From Chrysochromulina tobinii (taxonomy: Eukaryota): a DNA stretch of 44,619 nucleotides. Of the stretch, positions 1 to 9,297 are shown in pieces (within the stretch, counting starts at the first letter, position 1; each line of letters opens with the position of its first letter). The notes under the pieces were generated by a model. That model saw only the letters and a program-made list of their open reading frames with translations, did not search any database and was not told where the DNA came from. Both the position numbers and the translations under genes were made by a program. Location: contig JWZX01002861.1 in assembly GCA_001275005.1 (NCBI GenBank), forward strand, positions 1 through 44,619, read 5' to 3'.

Positions 1-239
1 GTCATGGAATTTCGAGGGGGCTAGGATTACAATTCCGAAATTCCGGGATTTAAATTCCAAGTCCGCCCCTGCACTGTCGCCTCACCCAGTAGACAGTACA
101 CTTCTGTTGAGTACTACTAGACCCTGGTGACTGCGGGAAAACGCTCACCTGCGTCCTGGAATGTCTGGCTCTCACGTCTCTCTTCTGGACGGCCGACACA
201 GCACGACACAGCACGACACGGCACGTCTGCTCCAGCCCC

Positions 240-2284
240 TTACCTCTTGCGTCGCCGCGCGTCTTTCGGCGGCTTGACCCGCGTCCTCTCCTTGGCATCG
301 GATCGCAGCCCAACAGAAACCGCCAACGCCCGCCGATGCTCGCGCGACGGAGGGACCGCCCGCAGCAGGTCCAGGCTCGGCCCCGCAAGTTGCTTCTTGT
401 ACCACTTTACCCGCGCCTCGTACCAGCCGGGCTCGGAGACCAACCTTCTCTTCTCTTTTCTCGCCTGCTTCATCTCCGAGATCGACAAATCGATGCTGCC
501 AGGTCGCATGCTCGTGAGAGCATTCCATGGCTCAGCTGGCGGAGGCGGCGCGCTCATCCGGCGGCGAAAAATCTCCATCAGCCCCTCAAACGCGTCACGC
601 GAGCCATCTTCGCCAAAATACGAGGTGCGACCGCAGATTGGCTCATTCGCCGGCACGTCGAGGTATTTCTTCAAGTTGGCAATACCTCCGCTTCGCATCC
701 ACGGCGGATCACGGCGAACTTCGTGGCAGGCTGGGTTGTGGCTCTCACCGCCTGCCACGCACCGCCTGGCGCGGGTGACCGCGGCCCAACCAGCGCATTG
801 CACCGACCGACCTGGCAGATCGGAGAACTCGAAGGTAGTGTACAGCATGCGAGGCACCATCGCACTGCCCGCGGCTCGCAGCGCCGCCTCGCGGCCTTCG
901 GGCAGCGCCTGCAGCAGCTCCGGCAGTTGCATGAGGTGCTGGTGCTCGATGGCGAGCGCGGACGAGTTCCAATCAAGATCAGGGAGCTCCTCGAGCGGCA
1001 TGCCTTCCAGCCGGTCCGACATGGTCGGTACACAACCCCAAAAGAGCGCGGGCAGGTACCTGCACGCAGCCGCAATTTCAGTCGCGAGATCAGTCGCGAG
1101 ATCAGTCGCACTCAGCCATGCAGTCGAAATGCAGACGCAATGCAGTCGCAACGCAGTCGCAATGCAGTTGCAATTCAGTAAGCGCCGCTCTGGGCACGTT
1201 ACCGGTCGGAATCGCCTTGGTCCCAGCCGAGCGGCGAAAAACAGAAGCGCGAGTGCAACATCACGTCGGAGATCGAAGGCTTCTTCTCGTCTTTCTCGCG
1301 CGGCCCGCTGCCGTGCTTGCCCTTGGCAGGAGGAAACTCCAGGCCCTCCCGAATTCGCTTCTGCCGCTCTTGCTCGCGCTGCTGCTCCTTCTCGATGGTA
1401 TTCGTGATGCACATGCCGGACATGTTTCGCAGCTGCAGCAGCTTGGAGCGCGATGGGTTGTTGCGCCCCCGCACAGCGCCCGCCCACGAGAAGAAGCAGC
1501 GCGATTTCGGGCGCGTCACCTGGCGGCGGCTTGGCCCTAGGGCGACGAGCGCCGAGCTCTTCTTTGCGTCGCCCAAGAGCATAAGTCGCTGCAGCTCGAC
1601 CGGTAGGAAGATGTTTTGGCTCAACGTCTCGTTAAACGCGAAGTGCATGCCGCAGAGCGGACCGCACTCGTGGCCCTCGGGAGTGGGCATGCGCACATCG
1701 AGACCCGACTGGTAGCAGTTGAGGCAGCTGCCATCGCTCCGTCGCAGCTGGTCTGACCACCCGGAATAGCCGAGTAAGATGAGCGCGCGCGCGGGGCTCG
1801 CTGGGTTGATGGCTTCCCAAAGGTCGATCCACCCGCCTGCGCGCCACCCGTCCGGCGCGCGAAAGGGCATATTCGACAACCCCAGCCCATCCCTGTACCT
1901 GCGGTACTTGTTGGGCTTCAGCGGACGCGAGAAGCCGCAGTCGCCCGGCCCGTGATCGCACGGCAGCAGCATGAAGTGGTTTGGGCGGCCACTTCGGATG
2001 CTGTGGTTGAAGGCAGGCCAGCGCATGCGGATGTAGTCAAAGAGTTGCATCATGCGCAGGTCGCCCACGTCGTGGCCCGTGTCATCGTGGTTGTTCGGGT
2101 ACGATGGCACGAGGAAGTAGTCAGCGCACAAGGGTTTGGGCTCGTTGTAGCGAGAGGCTTTGATCCATGTCCAGAGCGCACGCACATGCCGCCACGAGGG
2201 CGGCGGCCACGTGACGAGCTTATGCGGTAGCTCGTAGATGTGCACGCGCGGGCTTGGCAGATGAGCAGCGCAGCCCTGTGGCAT
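240..2284 (-). CDS. Exostosin-family (GT47) glycosyltransferase; exons 2284-1203 and 1059-240. Possible extra 5' exon 2400-2374 and possible short 3' exon 184-172
   Basis: Motifs PRVHIYELP, ADYFLVP, HFMLLPCDHG and SRFCFSPLG..GDSDR|YLPALFWGCVP...DW match the GT47 layout. Removing intron 1202-1060 joins the two ORFs in frame. Termini are uncertain. Confidence 0.8.
1060..1202 (-). other. GT-AG intron (143 nt) of the GT47 gene, filled with 11-12 nt ACTGCATTGCG/ACTGATCTCGCG-type repeats
   Basis: Donor CG|GTAACG and acceptor TGCAG|GTAC; splicing restores the conserved DSDR-YLPA. Confidence 0.85.
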
Positions 2285-2645
2285 TTAGAAAAGTCTTTAG
2301 AAATCCACAGGGCAAGTGTCTCCTTTTGACTGTGAACGGGGAGCGGAATCCCCCTCTGCGAGCTATGACGCACGAGAGAAATATGAATGTCAGGCCTCAT
2401 GGTTTCATTCTTCCTCTGCGGCGAGCGAGCATTCTCCGCGTCTGCCCTTGGAGACCCGAGACCAACCAGCAAATTTTTAAATTACGATCAGATTCACTCT
2501 TGTGTTCTCTGCGAAACTTGGTTAGCTTTGAGCTTTCTAACCGATCGGGCTTACTGCATATTCTACCCCCCTACATCCGCATCCCACGAAACTGTACAAG
2601 TGGCATCTCACACGAAAACGTCAGCGGCCACAAATCCATGCAAAT

Positions 2646-5600
2646 CTATGCCGGAACTGAAGACTCGCCTGAGTCGCCCCCGCCAGGCCGGTCGCTGGAT
2701 ACACTAGATTCATCTTCCTGATCATCCGTCGTCGCCACCGACACCGACGCCGACACCACCGCAGCTGCCGAAGCTGCCGTCGTCGCCGCCGACCCTGCTT
2801 TCCTCGCCGCAGTGGCCGCTGCGACCGCCCCCGCGAAAGCCCCCGATATCCCCGCCCCCCCCGCCTCTTTCGCCATATTGGCGGCCCTCGCCCTCGCATC
2901 TCCCAACATTGCTGTAATCACCTTAGCTTTCTCCTTCTCGAAAATCTCTATCATATGGAAGATTATTTCTTGGATAGTATAATAGGCTGCATTTTGAAAG
3001 GTGTACCAAAGTGACAAGATGGATATCGCAACGCCTGCGAGGCCCGTCATAAACATCGGCACGCCAATCGTTGTCGCCTCGGCCTCCATGACGCGTCTGT
3101 TGAGATAGAAAGAGAGGCCCACGATGCTCGTGATGAGAAAGAGAAGCGGTAGTGTGTTAAGAATTATGGCGAGGGTGGAGCTGCTAACGATGAAGACGCG
3201 TGTGTGAAGCATGGTCGATGCCGGAAAGCCCAAGATTCTCGACTTGAGCGCATAGTAAAAGACAAAGACGAGCTGACACGTCAGAGGGATCGTCAACATC
3301 ACGGCAACCATCGTTTCTGGTACGAGTGAGTTCCATCCCATGATTATTTGGAGCAGAATGTAGGTTGCGAAGAAGATGAGGTTGATCCGCATTACGAATT
3401 GATTGCCCATCAGTAGCATTGGGTAAAGTTCTAGATCCCTTCGCATAGAAGACTGCGTGAGTATCATGCCAAAGACCTGAAACACTGCGAATAAAGCCAT
3501 GATCACGAGCGCTGTGACGGATCCATATCCTCCACTGGAAAACCTCGAAATCTCATGAGCCGCTTCCGTTTCGAGGGGCGACAGATCCGTGGAAAAAATG
3601 GTAAGCTTTGCAAATAGGTCTTGCTTTCCGAGGGCCTTATACGCCTCTTCGGAGAAGAAGATGAATTGATGAGTCGCGTCAGATAGATACTGTGCAAACC
3701 CGGCGCCACCGATATGCAGCCACGATGACAAGAAGAGAATGATTATTGTCGCCACAACAAAGAATACCATGAAGCATAATAGCTGAAACTGGGCAGCTTG
3801 GTCTTCACCACCCTCCGTGCGTAGTAATCTGGAGAGCGTGAACGTCGAGTCGAGCAGGAAGGAGATCTGGTTAGCAATAAAGCCTAGGTACAAGGCACTA
3901 TTATCGCTTGACTGCATCTGCTCAGTGACATATTGTAGGCCAGATTCGACCACACAGGTCAGCATTAGCGGGTTTTGGCCGGTCGCAAGGTCGTAGCCAG
4001 CAACCTGGGAAAAGAAGGTCGCGGGGGCACGGCACACGGCTTCGCGAGCTGGAGAGCCATCCGAGTACCGTCCATCAAAAACCGTGAAACTGAAGCCAGC
4101 GATGGCCGACGGGATGGACGTGACCAAGGCCCCAATAAAAGTGAGCAACCAAGAGGGGCGCCCTATGCACTTGAGCGCGATGGAAACTATCACCAGATGG
4201 CCGCCGGCAAAGATGGCGATCCATTGTATCACCGTCCCCAACGTACTGCCCTGAAAAAAGTTCCCCAAAAAAGGCACGTATGTCCCTTTAAAGTCTGAAA
4301 TGTCATACGCGGCCGGCATCGGAATGGAGCATTCACGACAAAAGTCTGGCTCATAGCCTGTGCCTTGCAAGCACAGCAGCCAAGTGTCGCACGTGAGTTT
4401 TGCGTACTGATTCAGAGTGGTCTGATCGAGAGCAGACCCCATGGACAGCACTGAGAATGCAGACAGTGCAACAGCCTTTGAGGTCGTCGGGTGAGTCACC
4501 AAAGCGTGCACGAAAAAGCCTACGAAGAGCTGGCAGACGATCGTATACCCATATTGCAGCCACCTGAGTCTATCGCCTTTCGCCTCGTGCTTTGAAACCG
4601 CTTCGGCGGCCTTCAAGCTGGCCATCTCCTTCGTTCTCTCGAAATTCTCAATCTCTGTCTTCGTGAAGGCACCAATCGAAAGGTTCCATTCGTGCACGTA
4701 AATGACGGGATGCGCCTTCGTAGCGGGGTCAACCTCCTCGTTCACAAGCTCAACGGCAACCTTATCTCCATTTACGTAGCCGGTGCGCTTTATTTTGCCA
4801 CGCGCACCATCGGTACGCGGCTTGTCTGCCACGTGATTGATGATCACGTCCTCGCCCGCGAGTAAGCGGACGCGAAGGCCCGCCGTCTTCACATCAAGAA
4901 GGTGCTCGGGGAAATTCTCGACTTCCGTAACGTACAATAGGCCGTGGACGGACACGTATAGGAAGAAGACGGCCATAGCAAGAGAGACTGCGCCTAACAC
5001 TAGCACATAGTAAAGGGGAGCGGCTGCGAACAGGACAGCCTTGCTTGTAAGGTTGTTCATGAAGGTCTTCGGATTGCCGATAAAGTTCCAGACCGCGGTG
5101 GCATACCAGCTGGCAGACCGCGCAGGCAGCCCGCATGCTTGCGACTGGCTGATGTACTGATTGATCATTCCCTCGGCTGCGGAGTGCGTGGATGCGAAGT
5201 CTGACAGGAGTGTTGATCCATCCGGAAAGGACGAACCAAAGTTGGTTTGCGCCGATTCTACGGTTCCGTCCCTCGGCTTAAGGTGCATATCAACTGCAAT
5301 GCTGTAATTGCAGCCGTCGATGCTTTCGGTATACTTTGTTCTCCCCCCGAACGCGTCATAGAGGAACGGGAGCGTGAAGTTGGCCATCCTTTCGAAACCA
5401 GCTGTGACAACTGTCGTGCGGTTGCTTGGGTACACCTGATCGACCTTGACCAGAGTGTCAAGGAAGTACGAATGGCGCACCTCGGCAAGGCCGATGAAGC
5501 AAATGCTTGATGCACCGAGGCATGCGCTAATTGCGATTAAGATGTGCCATTGGACCGTGCGCGGAGTCGAGCCCATGTCCCGCAGGCTGCTTAGGCCGAG

Positions 5601-7199
5601 AGAGCGTGCGACGAAGATATTGTACAGCAGAAGAGGAGGTAGCACATAGGCGAGTACCTGCCTCACGATGCAATATAGGATATCCCCACCCTCCTTGGCT
5701 TGCTCAATGCGCGTCGCTATGCGCGCGATAAGCCCGTCTATCAGGTAAATGGATGCGCCATAGAAGCTGTTTTGAAGCCCGAGAATGGAGAGGTAGTGCA
5801 GGTACACGAAGGTTGGCATCATCCTGTTGAGAGCTTTCGATAGAGGGCCCTCGACGAAGAGAATAATTCGGATCAGCAACAAGACGCAGATTTCTATCGT
5901 GCACCCGACAGTGCCCATCGCATAGCAGACCTGCATGGCCCAAGGCGCAGCAGGCAAGATGAAAAGGCTGCCTCCAGGCACTTGACCACGAGACGGAAGC
6001 TCCGAAACTTGGAACAGAACCGTCGAGACGAGCACGACGATGGTAGCGATCAAGACTTTCGGAAAGCTCATGATAAACTTTTTCCGTGCATCGCGTTGTG
6101 CGTTTTCGTGCGCCTGCTTCTCGAGGTGCTCGTCTGCCAACCGTTTCTGTTCGCGCTCCTTTGTGGTGGGGCCGTACTCGATCCTGGCCTGCTCTGCGAC
6201 TATCAACCGTTGCTCGCGTAGCTCACGCCATCTTTCCTTGCTGAGTTCATTCGCCCTTTGGTCTTTGCGGCGAGTCGATTGCAGCCTGATCTGCTGCACC
6301 TCCTGTCCGTGCAGAAAGGCATGCGCCATGTCGGTTTGCTCCCTGAATGTCTGCAGCTCGTAGCTCACCTTTCTTCTACGGGCTGGCTTGTGCTCGGTGG
6401 TAGACTGATGAACGGTAGTAGACTGATGCAAGGCAAGTCGGTTCGCGGCAGCAGTGCGAACTAAATCCGCTATGTCTCGCGGTTCGTCAGCTATGCCAAG
6501 ACTCAGCGATTCCTCTTCGCGAAGTAGCTCTTCGCGCAGTTTCTGATGGACTCTGTCAATATCCTTTTGAGGCTCGCCAAGCTGGAAGTTCTCCTCGCGA
6601 GCCGTGTTGAGGCGCATGCCGGCTGAAAGGTAAACCTCGCTTCCCGTCGTCGCGATGTCGGTGATGCCGATCTCCGCCCCACGGTGGAGTACGTAGCTAG
6701 AGGAATCAGACATGGGTGCGGTCGATGGAATCGCACGATCTGTCCGAGCGTTGGTGATGCCCGCCGCACCCGAAACTAACGCCGCATCAGCGGCATCCTT
6801 ACGTAGAGCCTCGGAGTCCATCGTCTTCCGCTTGAAATCAAGCGCGATTCGGCTCTGCTCTGCACCGCTGCAGCCTGCACCATCTTGGCTTGCTCTCTCT
6901 CGGAGCTTGCCCGCATGCTTGCTCCTCTTGGGCCGGAAGTCTGGCGGCCGCTCCCCCCTGAGTCGCGAGAGCAGCTGCTGCCCCATGTAGTCGAGTCGAT
7001 CGGTTTCTGGGACCTCTGATCCTGCTGCGACCGATTCTTGGAGGGCAGACTCGATGTGTGGTTGTGGGATGTACAGTCGCCCCTGCGCATCGAATGTGCC
7101 CCTTTGCAACATTACTGGAGGCAACGTCTCGGCACGCGCCTCGGCCCGATCGAGCTGCTGCATGAGAGCATGCACGTGGTCAACCCTGCTCTTTGACAT
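2646..7199 (-). CDS. Large intronless multi-pass membrane protein of unknown function (1517 aa)
   Basis: Long ATG-started ORF with a charged coiled-coil N-terminus, many hydrophobic helices and an Ala/acidic tail. No family recognised. Confidence 0.8.
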   Translation of the reverse strand: MSKSRVDHVHALMQQLDRAEARAETLPPVMLQRGTFDAQGRLYIPQPHIESALQESVAAGSEVPETDRLDYMGQQLLSRLRGERPPDFRPKRSKHAGKLRERASQDGAGCSGAEQSRIALDFKRKTMDSEALRKDAADAALVSGAAGITNARTDRAIPSTAPMSDSSSYVLHRGAEIGITDIATTGSEVYLSAGMRLNTAREENFQLGEPQKDIDRVHQKLREELLREEESLSLGIADEPRDIADLVRTAAANRLALHQSTTVHQSTTEHKPARRRKVSYELQTFREQTDMAHAFLHGQEVQQIRLQSTRRKDQRANELSKERWRELREQRLIVAEQARIEYGPTTKEREQKRLADEHLEKQAHENAQRDARKKFIMSFPKVLIATIVVLVSTVLFQVSELPSRGQVPGGSLFILPAAPWAMQVCYAMGTVGCTIEICVLLLIRIILFVEGPLSKALNRMMPTFVYLHYLSILGLQNSFYGASIYLIDGLIARIATRIEQAKEGGDILYCIVRQVLAYVLPPLLLYNIFVARSLGLSSLRDMGSTPRTVQWHILIAISACLGASSICFIGLAEVRHSYFLDTLVKVDQVYPSNRTTVVTAGFERMANFTLPFLYDAFGGRTKYTESIDGCNYSIAVDMHLKPRDGTVESAQTNFGSSFPDGSTLLSDFASTHSAAEGMINQYISQSQACGLPARSASWYATAVWNFIGNPKTFMNNLTSKAVLFAAAPLYYVLVLGAVSLAMAVFFLYVSVHGLLYVTEVENFPEHLLDVKTAGLRVRLLAGEDVIINHVADKPRTDGARGKIKRTGYVNGDKVAVELVNEEVDPATKAHPVIYVHEWNLSIGAFTKTEIENFERTKEMASLKAAEAVSKHEAKGDRLRWLQYGYTIVCQLFVGFFVHALVTHPTTSKAVALSAFSVLSMGSALDQTTLNQYAKLTCDTWLLCLQGTGYEPDFCRECSIPMPAAYDISDFKGTYVPFLGNFFQGSTLGTVIQWIAIFAGGHLVIVSIALKCIGRPSWLLTFIGALVTSIPSAIAGFSFTVFDGRYSDGSPAREAVCRAPATFFSQVAGYDLATGQNPLMLTCVVESGLQYVTEQMQSSDNSALYLGFIANQISFLLDSTFTLSRLLRTEGGEDQAAQFQLLCFMVFFVVATIIILFLSSWLHIGGAGFAQYLSDATHQFIFFSEEAYKALGKQDLFAKLTIFSTDLSPLETEAAHEISRFSSGGYGSVTALVIMALFAVFQVFGMILTQSSMRRDLELYPMLLMGNQFVMRINLIFFATYILLQIIMGWNSLVPETMVAVMLTIPLTCQLVFVFYYALKSRILGFPASTMLHTRVFIVSSSTLAIILNTLPLLFLITSIVGLSFYLNRRVMEAEATTIGVPMFMTGLAGVAISILSLWYTFQNAAYYTIQEIIFHMIEIFEKEKAKVITAMLGDARARAANMAKEAGGAGISGAFAGAVAAATAARKAGSAATTAASAAAVVSASVSVATTDDQEDESSVSSDRPGGGDSGESSVPA

Positions 7200-7401
7200 C
7201 GAGAGCGCCCAAGATAATTACAAGCGGGTTGCTTGTCTGGTTTGTCCCTTTTATCCTCGATGGTTGCTCCGCCTCGCTCGTGCGGCGCATCTTGCGTCCA
7301 CGGAGCGCCTCGATAAAGTCGGTCCAAAAATGGAACTTGTGCGGAGTTTCACCAAATGTCAGCCTCAAATTCATTACAAATTCATTTTCTACGCAACCCC
7401 T

Positions 7402-9081
7402 CTACGGCCTACTCTGCCAAACACGACGACGAGGTGTCCACATTACTCCATGTCGGTTGGCCGAAGGGATGACGTCCAGGGTCTCGGGCCAGTACTCGCT
7501 CATCGAGTACAAGGACGGCCTCTGCGCTTGCTTCACGAGTGACGGCGTCGGGCTCAATGCTGGAGGTAAAGGAAAGAACGTGCGCGATGGTTTGTGAAGT
7601 GGTCGCGTCTTTGTAGGCTGCGTGGGATGAAGGCGCGGCGAACACGATGACGTCCGACTTCGGCGCGTCGGCCTGTCGGACGGGTTGGCGAGCAGCGCAT
7701 CGTTCATCGATCGTGGCGACCTGCTCGTGTGGAAAGGAGTGGTACTGGCATGCGGCGCCGTGCTCGGCAAATTGCTGCACGCACATGGTGTGATGCCCCA
7801 GCGCGCCGACAAACCACTCTGATGCTCCACAGCCGCCATAAACTCGAGCATCTCGAGCGGGCGCCGTATTTGGCGAGCTTCCAGCTGGCGCATCGAATTC
7901 GCAACCAAGCGCTCCAAGCGTACGATCTCGTCCTTGAGATTGCTGATCTTTGCCCGCTCGGTGAGGAGAGAGAAGCGAGCTGCAGCTCGCTTCTCTCTGC
8001 CGCCTCGCTTCGCACGATCTGCTGCCTCTCTCGCCTCTTGCTCGCCGACACGATGTGCCGCGATTGTTGCCTTGATCGCCGCCTTCTCGGCGCGCCTCGA
8101 CATTGCCCCCGTCTCGGCCATGGACTTCTCTGCCTCCTCCTGCAAATATGCGGCCCTCTCCGCAGCCTGCGGGGCTTCGCCGTGCCCGTCTAGCTGTGCC
8201 TCGAGAGTCTTCATGATCGCCACAGTCGTGAAGGCCCGCCTGAGCCTCACGCGTGCCTCGGCCGCCGACTCGGCCTCGGCCGCCGCCTCGGCCGCCACTG
8301 CTCCCATCGCCTCGGCCGCGGCCGCTGCCATCGCCACTCTCTCGGCTTCGGATGCGCTCGTCTCTCTCGCAAACGCCGCCGTGCGTGCCTGCTCTTCTAG
8401 CGTCAGAGCAGCCGTGGTTGCGGCGGTCATCGGCCCAAGTCGCCGCCGAGCAAGGGAGGAAACCTGAACGCCCAGCGGATGCGGCGGCTCGTCCACTTGA
8501 GACTCATGGGCTTGATCCTGTTCGTCGTCCTCTTGCCGCTGCGTCTCCTCCTCCTCTTGAGTCTCCTTCTCTTTGCTGGCAGCCTTCTCCTGCTCCCCCT
8601 TAAAGGCTGCCATCGCTGCCGCCCACAAGTCGCCCTCGGTTTCGGCGCTGCTCTTCCGTCGCAGGAAAGGCGGAGCCGACGTCGAGGCATCTTTCAATGC
8701 AATTTCCTCCCACATGGTGGCCTGTAAGGCTGCGTCTGCCGTCGCAACCGGATTCGCAGCCGCCCAGAGCTCTGCGCCCTGGCGATCAAGCAGTCGTCGC
8801 GCTCTGGCCAAAGTCTCATCGGCAGCAGCTGCCTGCGCCGCCGCAGCTCGCTCTGCTTCCGCTTCCTCCTCTGCCAAGGCGTCGTCCTCATCCATGGCAT
8901 GTGAAAACCACGCCTCGCCCTGTGAGGCAAAGCTGCCTCTCCCGCGCGATGATGAACGGCGTTTCAACTGCGCCGAATGGGCGGCGATGGATGCGATGCG
9001 CATGTTAGTCAGCTCCTCGTACCATGCGTCGTCATCATCGTCATCGCTGTCTGTCACGACTCGAGCTCGCGGGTCGGTCAT
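7402..9081 (-). CDS. Hypothetical Ala/Glu-rich coiled-coil protein
   Basis: Long ORF with coding-like codon use; likely ATG at 9081 (MTDPRAR). Confidence 0.65.
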   Translation of the reverse strand: MTDPRARVVTDSDDDDDDAWYEELTNMRIASIAAHSAQLKRRSSSRGRGSFASQGEAWFSHAMDEDDALAEEEAEAERAAAAQAAAADETLARARRLLDRQGAELWAAANPVATADAALQATMWEEIALKDASTSAPPFLRRKSSAETEGDLWAAAMAAFKGEQEKAASKEKETQEEEETQRQEDDEQDQAHESQVDEPPHPLGVQVSSLARRRLGPMTAATTAALTLEEQARTAAFARETSASEAERVAMAAAAAEAMGAVAAEAAAEAESAAEARVRLRRAFTTVAIMKTLEAQLDGHGEAPQAAERAAYLQEEAEKSMAETGAMSRRAEKAAIKATIAAHRVGEQEAREAADRAKRGGREKRAAARFSLLTERAKISNLKDEIVRLERLVANSMRQLEARQIRRPLEMLEFMAAVEHQSGLSARWGITPCACSNLPSTAPHASTTPFHTSRSPRSMNDALLANPSDRPTRRSRTSSCSPRLHPTQPTKTRPLHKPSRTFFPLPPALSPTPSLVKQAQRPSLYSMSEYWPETLDVIPSANRHGVMWTPRRRVWQSRP

Positions 9082-9297
9082 CTCGTCTTTACAAGAGGAG
9101 TGCCATGAAAAGCGTAAAAAAGGCCGTTTGAAAACCTGTGTTTGAAAATGTAGGAGCCTGCAGGTATTGGTCACTCAGCCATCAACACGTACGGTCCAGT
9201 CCATCTTGGAATTCGCTTGCTTTTCAGCCGCAACCGAAACAGACATTTTTGAGAGTCGTGCTGATCCGTGCGGAGGCTCCCATTGTGGGGGCGCGCG

